From NCBI RefSeq assembly GCF_018398935.1, contig NZ_CP074694.1, forward strand, positions 150,001 through 182,000: 32,000 nucleotides of DNA. The letters are read 5' to 3'. Every line of letters starts with the position of its first letter. The stretch's first letter is position 1. The notes beneath the pieces were generated by a model. The model was not told the origin of the DNA. It saw only the letters and a list, made by a program, of their open reading frames with translations, and made no database searches. Both the position numbers and the translations under genes were made by a program. This DNA comes from Telmatocola sphagniphila. GTDB lineage: Bacteria; Planctomycetota; Planctomycetia; Gemmatales; Gemmataceae. This document shows, one piece after another, positions 9,307-16,237 of this stretch.

Positions 9307-9522
9307 ATGGGCGATGCAAAGAAGACGATGACACTGAACTTAACAGAGGCCGAAATGCGGGTTTTAGATGACCTGGCCAAGAAAAAGGAGCTGACGAAGA
9401 CGGCCGTCATCCGGCAAGCCATCCGCCTCTACCAAATGATCGAGGTCAGGATGGCGGCTGGCGAGAAGGTCTTCTTCGAGGACGAGAAGGCCCAGAAGAA
9501 AGCGGAGCTTATGGTCCTATGA
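9307..9522 (+). CDS. Ribbon-helix-helix (CopG/Arc-like) DNA-binding protein, putative antitoxin or autoregulator
   Basis: 71 aa. A beta strand (KTMTLNLTEAEM) followed by two helices (RVLDDLAKKKELTKTAVIRQAIRLY) gives the classic RHH pattern. It has a good Shine-Dalgarno, and its stop overlaps the next start (ATGA at 9519-9522). Confidence 0.75.
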   Translation: MGDAKKTMTLNLTEAEMRVLDDLAKKKELTKTAVIRQAIRLYQMIEVRMAAGEKVFFEDEKAQKKAELMVL

Positions 9523-10148
9523 GCGCCATCCCCATCAAGATCGTCCGGCGTCAAGATAAGGCGCTGGTTGACGCCATTCTCCATACCGAGCTAACGCCGA
9601 AGGTGCTCGGCGATACGGAGAAGGAATGGGGACCAATTCGGCTCGCTGCTGCGAAGAAGCTTCACGCCGCGGGAAAGTTCCAGGGGATACCTCAACACTT
9701 CCATTGGGATTGGGACAGGAAGAGCGGGAAACTGAAGTTGCTTTCCTATCAGAGCCTCGGCATCGAGTGCGCCGGGAAATTCCAAGGCCTGCTCATGGTC
9801 GATCTTGCGGGCAGGGTGGCCAGAATCGATCCCGATGTGGGCAAGCCTCTCGTCTACATCGAGTACCTAGAGGCCGCGCCTTGGAATCTGTCCATGATGG
9901 TTGACACGCCGATGTACTGCGGTATTGGCCCGGTGCTCATGCAAGCGGCGGTGGAACTGAGTTGCGATCAGGGATTTCATGGGCGGCTTGGATTGCATGC
10001 CCTTCCCCAGTCAGAGGGCTTCTATCGAGACGATTACGAAATGCAATGCTGTGGACCTGATGCGTCCTTCGAGGACCTGCCGTACTACGAGATGACCCGC
10101 GTGATTGCGGCACGCTTTACGACAAACTCTAGCGGGGGTGCGGTATGA
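9519..10148 (+). CDS. GNAT-like acetyltransferase-fold protein, putative toxin or effector
   Basis: 209 aa. LVYIEYLEAAPWN, then YCGIGPVLMQAAVE (a GxG of motif-A type), then LPQSEGFYRDDYEM (motif B-like) resembles a GNAT core. It is longer than typical TacT/AtaT toxins. It is translationally coupled on both sides by ATGA overlaps. Confidence 0.5.
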   Translation: MSAIPIKIVRRQDKALVDAILHTELTPKVLGDTEKEWGPIRLAAAKKLHAAGKFQGIPQHFHWDWDRKSGKLKLLSYQSLGIECAGKFQGLLMVDLAGRVARIDPDVGKPLVYIEYLEAAPWNLSMMVDTPMYCGIGPVLMQAAVELSCDQGFHGRLGLHALPQSEGFYRDDYEMQCCGPDASFEDLPYYEMTRVIAARFTTNSSGGAV

Positions 10149-11113
10149 AAATGAACACTAACCCAGAATGGCTGCTCCGGATGGCGGAGAAGGAGGCGAA
10201 TCGGATCATCTCCGTAGGTGGCTTCGTTAACCGCGTGGAGATGAACGTAGGCGTGCAATCTATGCCGGCGATGACGCGGTCCGAATGGACAAAGATTTTT
10301 CCCGTCAGTGTCATGCGAAAACTGCGGTTCTCGCTGCCCGAAGGCGTTAGTGACGTGGAGGCACTTCTCCAATTCTTCGGTGTCGCGTCGCCTGACGCAT
10401 GGCGGTCAAAGTGGGGCGACTATGCCGTCGCCTTCCGTCAAACGCAAAAGTTCGACTTCCATCGCGAAGCTCTTACCGCATGGGTACGAGAAGCAGAGAT
10501 CATCGCTGGCCAGATTCCTCTCGCGGATTTCGATGAGGAAAAGCTTCGAGGATCGCTGGATGAGTTCCGGCGGCTAACTCGTGAGGACACTCAGGTCGGT
10601 CTCGACAGGGCACAGTTGCTTTGTGCTAAAGCCGGGGTGGCGCTTGTCCTCGTTCCAGAATTGCCCGGCACGAGAATCAGTGGGTGTGCCCGGTGGCTGA
10701 ATGATCGTCACGCCATGATCGGCCTGACCGTCCGGTACAAATGGGCCGATCAGCTGTGGTTCACCTTCTACCACGAAGTGGCCCACGTCCTGTTGCATCG
10801 TCGCCGTTTGTTCGTGATAGATAATGCGGCCGATCATATGGGCGACGCCGTGGTCGATCCGGTGATGGCGAAGTACGAGGAGGAGGCGGACCGATTCGCG
10901 GGAGACTTGCTTATCCCGCCCGTTGCGCTTGCCGAGTTCCTCAGTCGCCACGGTGAGACGCTGACGAGCGAAGAGATTCACGCCTTCGCGGACTCTATCG
11001 AGATCGGTCCAGGCATGGTGGTCGGCCGCCTTCAGCACGATGAGATTCTGAAACATTGGCAGGGGAATATGCTCAGGCAAAAGCTTGGGTGGGATTTTGT
11101 CACCGAGGACTAA
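10145..11113 (+). CDS. ImmA/IrrE-family (COG2856, DUF955) zinc metallopeptidase with an N-terminal HigA-like region
   Basis: 322 aa. The HExxH motif HEVAH (nt 10772-10786) sits in the context WFTFYHEVAHVLLH, with a downstream EEEADRFAGDLLIP block typical of this family. The N-terminal LLQFFGVASPDAW resembles the end of an Xre/HigA HTH domain. Confidence 0.75.
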   Translation: MKMNTNPEWLLRMAEKEANRIISVGGFVNRVEMNVGVQSMPAMTRSEWTKIFPVSVMRKLRFSLPEGVSDVEALLQFFGVASPDAWRSKWGDYAVAFRQTQKFDFHREALTAWVREAEIIAGQIPLADFDEEKLRGSLDEFRRLTREDTQVGLDRAQLLCAKAGVALVLVPELPGTRISGCARWLNDRHAMIGLTVRYKWADQLWFTFYHEVAHVLLHRRRLFVIDNAADHMGDAVVDPVMAKYEEEADRFAGDLLIPPVALAEFLSRHGETLTSEEIHAFADSIEIGPGMVVGRLQHDEILKHWQGNMLRQKLGWDFVTED

Positions 11114-11117
11114 CGAC

Positions 11118-11759
11118 ATGATCGGCAAGATTTTCGTCACTAGCAGCGGCTACGATCCGGGCAAAGGCAAGGATGTCAAGGACCCCTACCTGGGGCCGAA
11201 AGCCTCGTTGGGTGCGTGCCGACCTGATTTTCGAGAACAGCTTCAGAAGGATGACCACATCTTCGTCGTGTCCGGAAAGGTCCGGAACGTCGATCAGTTC
11301 GTGATCGGCGGCTTCGCGATCGAGGAGAAAATTACCGCGATGGAGGCGTATGAGCGCTTCCCAGAGCATCGGCTTGTACTGCTGCCGAACGGCCAGGTCA
11401 GCGGGAACGTGATCGTAACCGCCGACGGCAAACAGCACCCGCTCGATCACCACGACCAGTTCGAGCGGCGAATTCAAAACTATCTCGTCGGCACGAACAC
11501 AATTGCCCTCCTGACGCCAGAGGAGATGGAGGAGGGGCGACTCTGGACGCTGGATATTCTTCGTGATGTCTTCGGGATCAAGGGCAACTCGATCCGCGAG
11601 CTTATGGGCCGAAACCGCAACCTGTCTGAACGTCAGGTTCTGAAACTGCGAGATCATTTGGAACGGGTGAAGATCGCTGCAGGTAAGCCGATCGAGCCGG
11701 AGGAGATTGGCCGTGTTCTGAGAATTTCGACTCGCGATGCGATTCGCGTTAAAGCCTAA
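11118..11759 (+). CDS. Hypothetical protein of 213 aa, function unknown
   Basis: The start is taken at MIGKIFV, 4 nt after the previous stop. The N-terminal pattern GYDPGKGK..DPYLGPKASLGACRPDFRE..DDHIFVVSGK loosely recalls Nmad2 / PUA-like beta-barrel modules. I could not verify this. Confidence 0.6.
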   Translation: MIGKIFVTSSGYDPGKGKDVKDPYLGPKASLGACRPDFREQLQKDDHIFVVSGKVRNVDQFVIGGFAIEEKITAMEAYERFPEHRLVLLPNGQVSGNVIVTADGKQHPLDHHDQFERRIQNYLVGTNTIALLTPEEMEEGRLWTLDILRDVFGIKGNSIRELMGRNRNLSERQVLKLRDHLERVKIAAGKPIEPEEIGRVLRISTRDAIRVKA

Positions 11760-11770
11760 GGAGATTATTT

Positions 11771-12961
11771 ATGGTAGTACAAAGAAGTGGCAAAAGTAAG
11801 TCTCAATTCGTTAGGCAGAGAACGTTGTTCGCTCCTGAACTGCCCTCACATGCAGAAGTGTGCGGCCCGGATGTGCCATGTGACATTGCTCCCATCGAGA
11901 AACGGCGTGATGGCGGTACACGCTACTGGTGCCGAGCGCATCGGGCTGACGCCACCGAGAAGGGCGGCAAGCCGGCCAAAAAGTGCTGTGCAGCAGACAA
12001 AATTCCACTCCGGGAAGATGAGATAAAGATTCTCGAACTGGATAAATACTGCGGGGGCGTGGCTCTCTGGGGCGCTGTGCCGGCCGTCTATGACACGACG
12101 CGGCGACCGATGGATAGCGGGATTCACATCCACGCTCGACCCGAGTCGGGTTCAAAGAAGGAGTTGGATTTCACTTTCCGAGCTGTTCGACTCATGGGAA
12201 AGAAACTGCCCGTGGATGGAATCATCGTCAATGAAACCGACGCGATTTACTACATGGTCAGTTCTGTGTTCGGCTACTCAATGAGCTTCGTTTCTTGCAC
12301 TCATTGTAGCTGGCCTCACCTCGACAAGGATTGGTTCAGTGTGAATCCCCACCGCCGACATCTCTGCGCTGGCTGTGGGAAGCATTTTCATGACCGCGTG
12401 AGAGGGATCGGCAATCCGATCATCGGAGTGCGGGATGCCTGCGGAGCAGCCGATCATAAGGTTTCGCCAGCTCCTAAGAATTTCGAGATCAAGCAGTCAG
12501 ATTATCCTGGCGGCCTTCAAATCTGGGGCTCTAACCCAGCATTTCTATGGACGCAACCAAAGGACGAAGAAGAGGGTATTCACGTCCATGCATTTTTGAC
12601 TGATGACCAGGAAGATCCGACTGTGGATGACACATTCTCAGAGGTAATAATCGATGGCGTAGAGCTTGACCCTCACATGGTCCGCGTGCTGATGGCCCAA
12701 AATGTCCTTCCATCGCTGAAGGGGCGAGTTAGGTCGATGGACTGCCCGCATTGTGGCCAACCTGGATTTGATGCAGGCGAAGCAGCCTTCGTACCAGGCC
12801 CGACTCATATTTGCCCAGAGTGCGGCCGTCAATTCCCCACAGTTGGCAGGACCAGGAACGTCGTGGTAAATCCCCTTCCAAAGATATTGGATGACCTTGC
12901 TCGGTCTGCCCCGCGGCCGCCTCAACAGCATCAGCTCGATCTGCTTCCCGAAACTCTTTAG
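11771..12961 (+). CDS. Hypothetical protein of 396 aa with a tandemly duplicated module, each copy ending in a CxxC...CxxC zinc ribbon
   Basis: An AAGGAG Shine-Dalgarno (11758-11763) lies 7 nt before the ATG. The internal repeat has a period of 152 aa. GG..WG at aa 95 and 247, GIH[IV]HA at 117 and 269, the paired CxxC motifs at 176/199 and 325/348, and NP[IL] at 215 and 367 are all in register. Confidence 0.7.
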   Translation: MVVQRSGKSKSQFVRQRTLFAPELPSHAEVCGPDVPCDIAPIEKRRDGGTRYWCRAHRADATEKGGKPAKKCCAADKIPLREDEIKILELDKYCGGVALWGAVPAVYDTTRRPMDSGIHIHARPESGSKKELDFTFRAVRLMGKKLPVDGIIVNETDAIYYMVSSVFGYSMSFVSCTHCSWPHLDKDWFSVNPHRRHLCAGCGKHFHDRVRGIGNPIIGVRDACGAADHKVSPAPKNFEIKQSDYPGGLQIWGSNPAFLWTQPKDEEEGIHVHAFLTDDQEDPTVDDTFSEVIIDGVELDPHMVRVLMAQNVLPSLKGRVRSMDCPHCGQPGFDAGEAAFVPGPTHICPECGRQFPTVGRTRNVVVNPLPKILDDLARSAPRPPQQHQLDLLPETL

Positions 12962-12964
12962 ATC

Positions 12965-13047
12965 GAGAACGGTGGGTGGCACTGGTTACTTGCTGTTTTT
13001 TTTATTGATCTTTGCGAATTGTAGGACTCAATCCTCGTCCAATTTCC
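12965..13047 (+). repeat. Divergent X-type repeat, the left part of composite repeat block B
   Basis: It shares ggcactgg, attgat and the terminal tccaatttc with the X unit of block A (8926-9033). It continues into Y at 14971 once the intron is removed. Confidence 0.6.
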
Positions 13048-13087
13048 GTATAGGGCTAGGAGGAGTATTGGGCTCCCCCTTCCCTCC

Positions 13088-13120
13088 AAACCGGACGGGC
13101 GGATCTCCCGCATCCGGCTT
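13088..13120 (-). ncRNA. Group II intron catalytic domain V
   Basis: The minus strand reads AAGCCGGAUGCGGGAGAUCCGCCCGUCCGGUUU. It has the AGC triad, a two-part helix with a 3'-side bulge, and a GAGA-containing apical loop. It lies 15 nt after the RT stop codon. Confidence 0.85.
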
Positions 13121-13134
13121 TCCGGTCAGTAGTC

Positions 13135-14502
13135 TTACCCCTTGAGGGATTGAGATTCCAGACGATGTGCCTGTTCCAGGGAGAACAGCCCCGCCTCGGC
13201 AAAGTAAGCTTTAGGCCACTTGAAGTTGTCCATCTTTCGGCTTCGACAATCGTGACCCAGACGACGACGCAGTATGCACCGCAGCCGCATTCGAGTCCAT
13301 TTATCCACGTCCCGAAAGATCCTCTTTTTGCTGTGCTTGAAGTATCCGTACCAGCCTCGTAGCGTTACGCTCACGTCGCGGACGATCTGCGACAGGCTAT
13401 CGCCTCTTTTCCGCTTCGTTTTCGCGCGAATCGCATCCCGAAGTTTCTCCAGACTTCGCTTCCGAGGATATATCAGACGTTGTCCTTTATAAACTCCAAA
13501 GCAATAGCCTAGAAATTCGAAACTCTCGATCTGCGTGTCCACCACTCTCGTCTTTTCCGGATGCAGTTGTAGCTTGGCCGATTCGCACCAGCGGCTCAAC
13601 GTCGCCAGGGCTTCTTCCGCTTCCGCTCGACTGCGGCAGACGATCATCATGTCATCCGCGTATCGCACCATCCGAAAACCTAGGGATTCCATCAATTGGT
13701 CCAAAGGATCCAGATACACGTTACTCAACAACGGACTCAAAACTGCCCCTTGCGGGGCTCCCGATTCCGGTTCCCAACTCCCCATCGACGAGAATATCTC
13801 GGCTTTAAGGAATTGCTCCACCAGAGCCAACAGCGTGCCGTCCGCGACCTTTCGCTTCAATAAATCCATTAATTGATCGTGATTGATCGCGTCGAAGTAG
13901 CCTTTAATGTCGACATCCACCAGATGCGTGTAACCTTCCCGCAAGAGTTCATTCACCTCTCGCAAGGCATCCTTGCAGCCTCGACCCGGACGAAAGCCGT
14001 AACTGCCCGAGGCGAAATCCTTCTCGAAGATCGGCTCCAACACCTGGCGAACCGCGCCTTGAACCACTCGATCTCGAACCGTTGGGATACCCAGAGGACG
14101 GCCTTCTTCACTCCCCGGCTTCGGGATCACCGTTCGCCGGATTGCCGAAGGACGGTAGGTGCCGTCCCGTAAAGTTCGTCCCAGGGCTTCCAGGTTCTCG
14201 TCCAAATGATTGGCAAACGCTTCGACACTCACATGATCCACGCCCGCTGAGCCCCCATTCGCCACGACTTTCGCCGATGACGACTTCAGGTTACTCTTCT
14301 TGCACACCTTGTCCATCAAGCTAAACCAGACGCCTCCTTTAACGCCCTCTTCGAGCGCGCTCAACATCCGATCGGTCCATACCGCAGGTTCCGTCCACGA
14401 CCATTGCTCTCGGACCCTACTAACGGTACCCGAGAGTGGGTCGGTTTCTTCTCCGCCTTGTTTAGCCACTGGCACTGACGGCGGTTTCTCTTTCCTGCCC
14501 AT
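13135..14502 (-). CDS. Group II intron reverse transcriptase/maturase
   Basis: It has an RT domain with YADD (RYADDMMIV) and a maturase X-domain (LRGWYGYF), and no C-terminal HNH/En domain. The start is taken at MGRKEK (14502). The longer ORF to 14730 would leave only 240 nt for intron domains I-III. Confidence 0.9.
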   Translation of the reverse strand: MGRKEKPPSVPVAKQGGEETDPLSGTVSRVREQWSWTEPAVWTDRMLSALEEGVKGGVWFSLMDKVCKKSNLKSSSAKVVANGGSAGVDHVSVEAFANHLDENLEALGRTLRDGTYRPSAIRRTVIPKPGSEEGRPLGIPTVRDRVVQGAVRQVLEPIFEKDFASGSYGFRPGRGCKDALREVNELLREGYTHLVDVDIKGYFDAINHDQLMDLLKRKVADGTLLALVEQFLKAEIFSSMGSWEPESGAPQGAVLSPLLSNVYLDPLDQLMESLGFRMVRYADDMMIVCRSRAEAEEALATLSRWCESAKLQLHPEKTRVVDTQIESFEFLGYCFGVYKGQRLIYPRKRSLEKLRDAIRAKTKRKRGDSLSQIVRDVSVTLRGWYGYFKHSKKRIFRDVDKWTRMRLRCILRRRLGHDCRSRKMDNFKWPKAYFAEAGLFSLEQAHRLESQSLKG

Positions 14503-14970
14503 AAACTCCTCGAAATCCACCTTCCTACGTCCCTTCGCTCCGTCGGCATTACCCGATTTCCACGCTACTATGGACGCTCTGACTTCCGACGCACAAGGCA
14601 ATCGCCTTCCCCGGTGCCTCGGATATCCCCGCTTACATTCGATACCTTTCGCACTCCTTCCGCCTCCAACCACATCGGATACCTCCCTCGACTCGCTTGG
14701 GGCTTTATCTCGGGATAATGCCGTCACCATAAGTTCTCCAACTGCTGGCGGACCTCTCGGTCAGTCCGGCTTTGCTAGCTTCGCCCTTAGCCACGCAGGC
14801 TCGCCGGTATCCGCTGCCGAAACGAGTTCACTTTATTGCGGACGAGATGCTCCCCTCGGGTTGCTCCCCACCCCGCCTCACGGCGACGCAGTTACCTTCG
14901 GGTACAAAAGGCCAAGCCTCCTTTCGACAGGGAATCTCACCCTGCTAGTATCGAATAGTCACGGGCGCAC

Positions 14971-15176
14971 GTGGCACTGGCTAACTGCCAGTGCGTGGGA
15001 GAAAAAAGTGCCAGAGAATTATCACCCTCTCAGGCACAAATTCGAGCAGAACGAACGCTTTATTGCAGAAACGCACTCGCAGATGGCCAGTGCCACTCAA
15101 ACCGTTACTGGATAACGACATGCGCTGATTAAGAATGCTTGCCAGTGCCACCCGCCGTCAATTCTCTAGGGTGAGG
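14971..15176 (+). repeat. Right part of composite repeat block B: Y (14971-15062) and X (15063-15176)
   Basis: Y matches 9045-9106 at 59 of 62 positions. It begins with a perfect 8-bp hairpin (14974-14994, gcactggc-taact-gccagtgc). X aligns along its length with 8926-9033 and ends in agggtgagg, which serves as the Shine-Dalgarno for the ORF at 15184. Confidence 0.8.
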
Positions 15177-15183
15177 TGCTACA

Positions 15184-15423
15184 ATGCGATTATGCCCTTG
15201 TTGCGAAGAATATGGTGATCTGTGGGATGTCATATTTACGAATCTTGGCGATCGACGAGCCGTTATGTGCTTCGAGTGCGACTCGGTATGGGATGCTGAG
15301 TATGAAGAACCCACGACTGAATTTACTGATTACGAAACGCTGATGAAAAAAAATGGAGTTGCACCAGACTGGAAGTGTATAGTCAAAGTACGTTGTGTCG
15401 GCACCGGGAAACCTAATACCTAA
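15184..15423 (+). CDS. Small Cys-rich (CPCC...CFEC) zinc-ribbon-like protein, function unknown
   Basis: 79-aa ORF with a GAGG Shine-Dalgarno about 7 nt upstream. Two CxxC-type pairs are present. It lies in an AT-richer segment. Confidence 0.5.
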   Translation: MRLCPCCEEYGDLWDVIFTNLGDRRAVMCFECDSVWDAEYEEPTTEFTDYETLMKKNGVAPDWKCIVKVRCVGTGKPNT

Positions 15424-15556
15424 AGGAACTTGAACAATTGAAATCGATCTTTCTGGCGAAGATGTAAAGATAATCTGTTATGCAATCACATGGAGCCTTT
15501 TCCCACCCTTCTTGCGAAGCTCATCACTAAAGTATTCAGAAGTAGAGCGGCAGAGA

Positions 15557-15811
15557 ATGGAAGCAATTTTCGATGCGCTAAGTAGCTATCTACATGACGC
15601 CGCGGACATCTTTGAAGTCTCGATCAGTAATATCAGATTGATCGCGGGAGATAATGTATTGGCAGACAGTAAAAATGACATTTTGCACATTGTTTTGTGT
15701 TTGCAATCGTTCCAGATCGAAATCGGACATTCGCCAAATGAGGTTTTGGCAATTACTGGTTTGCCTATCGTACGTCTTCAGTCTCTAGGTGAGCGACTCT
15801 CGAAGCTATAA
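15557..15811 (+). CDS. Hypothetical small protein (weak call)
   Basis: The ORF is open from 15512 (TTG), and the first ATG is at 15557. I recognised no motif. It lies in an AT-richer accessory segment. Confidence 0.3.
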   Translation: MEAIFDALSSYLHDAADIFEVSISNIRLIAGDNVLADSKNDILHIVLCLQSFQIEIGHSPNEVLAITGLPIVRLQSLGERLSKL

Positions 15812-16237
15812 AGAGGCGTGTGCGGCGGGTGACCCTGGTAACCCTTTATAATCACCGTAAGTAACTGTCAGGTAATGTTTTGAGTGACACTGACTACTCG
15901 CCCATGCAGTTTTGAATTAGTCCCTTTTTCAAAACGAGTAACCTATTTTCAAAGCCCTGGTTATTCGATTCACGGCATCTCGTAGCCTCTCCAAAACGCA
16001 CCTTGTTGCTCACCTCCCTCTCGTTTACGCTACTGGGTGCGGGGATTGGGATTCAATCCTAGGTTCCATAAGCCTGCCAATCAGGAATGGTGGCTTGCTC
16101 GTCACCGAGCTTGTTACCTTCTAGGAGCGAGCAGCTCTCAAGGACTATCAACTTTACCCCTCAGGAGGTCATCAAAACGAATCAAAATATGTTTATACGA
16201 GAATATGAAAACATGCGTATTTCCCAAGAAATAACCG

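Larger units (their letters stand above)
13048..14970 (-). mobile_element. Compact bacterial group II intron of about 1.92 kb, with a maturase-containing RT lacking an endonuclease domain
   Basis: The 5' end on the minus strand reads GUGCGCCCGUG, starting at 14970. Domain V is at 13088-13120. A domain VI-like helix has an unpaired A at 13057, 8 to 10 nt from an AY 3' end at 13050 or 13048. The RT ORF lies where domain IV is expected. The 3' boundary is uncertain by about 2 nt. Confidence 0.9.

Noticed and set aside
10574-11657. Two minus-strand ORFs (188 and 185 aa) inside the cassette
   Set aside because: They are antisense to well-supported + strand genes with recognisable motifs and coupled starts. 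They carry no motifs of their own.
13135-14730. Full 531-aa version of the intron RT ORF, and the possibility that the RT is a retron or defence-associated RT
   Set aside because: A start at 14730 would leave only 240 nt for intron domains I-III, so the start at 14502 is preferred. The GUGCG 5' end, domain V, the domain VI-like helix and the maturase X motif identify a true group II intron, which rules out a retron or a DRT-type RT.
14300-15115. 271-aa + strand ORF
   Set aside because: It is antisense to the 5' half of the group II intron and runs into the repeat. It is Ser/Pro/Leu-rich with low complexity and has no motif.
8926-15176. Whether the repeated units near the cassette form a CRISPR array
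   Set aside because: The units are about 90-110 bp, of two different types (X and Y), and diverged from each other. There is no regular 25-40-bp repeat/spacer periodicity and no cas gene in the window.
8926-15176. Whether the X-Y-X blocks are canonical integron attC sites, making this an integron cassette array
   Set aside because: I could not find the RYYYAAC / GTTRRRY core sites at the block boundaries, and there is no intI in the window. The bracketed unit is a five-gene operon with its own promoter, whereas an integron cassette is a promoterless single-ORF unit. The cassette-array analogy is kept only as a loose analogy in the findings.
16041-16062. tRNA-like fragment (gggattgggattcaatcc), a possible remnant att copy of the tRNA-Glu T-arm
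   Set aside because: Only about 10 of 12 positions resemble gggattcgaaccc. The flanking stem is not conserved, the loop is not a T-loop, and no acceptor-stem match follows. The resemblance is too weak to call a duplicated tRNA end.
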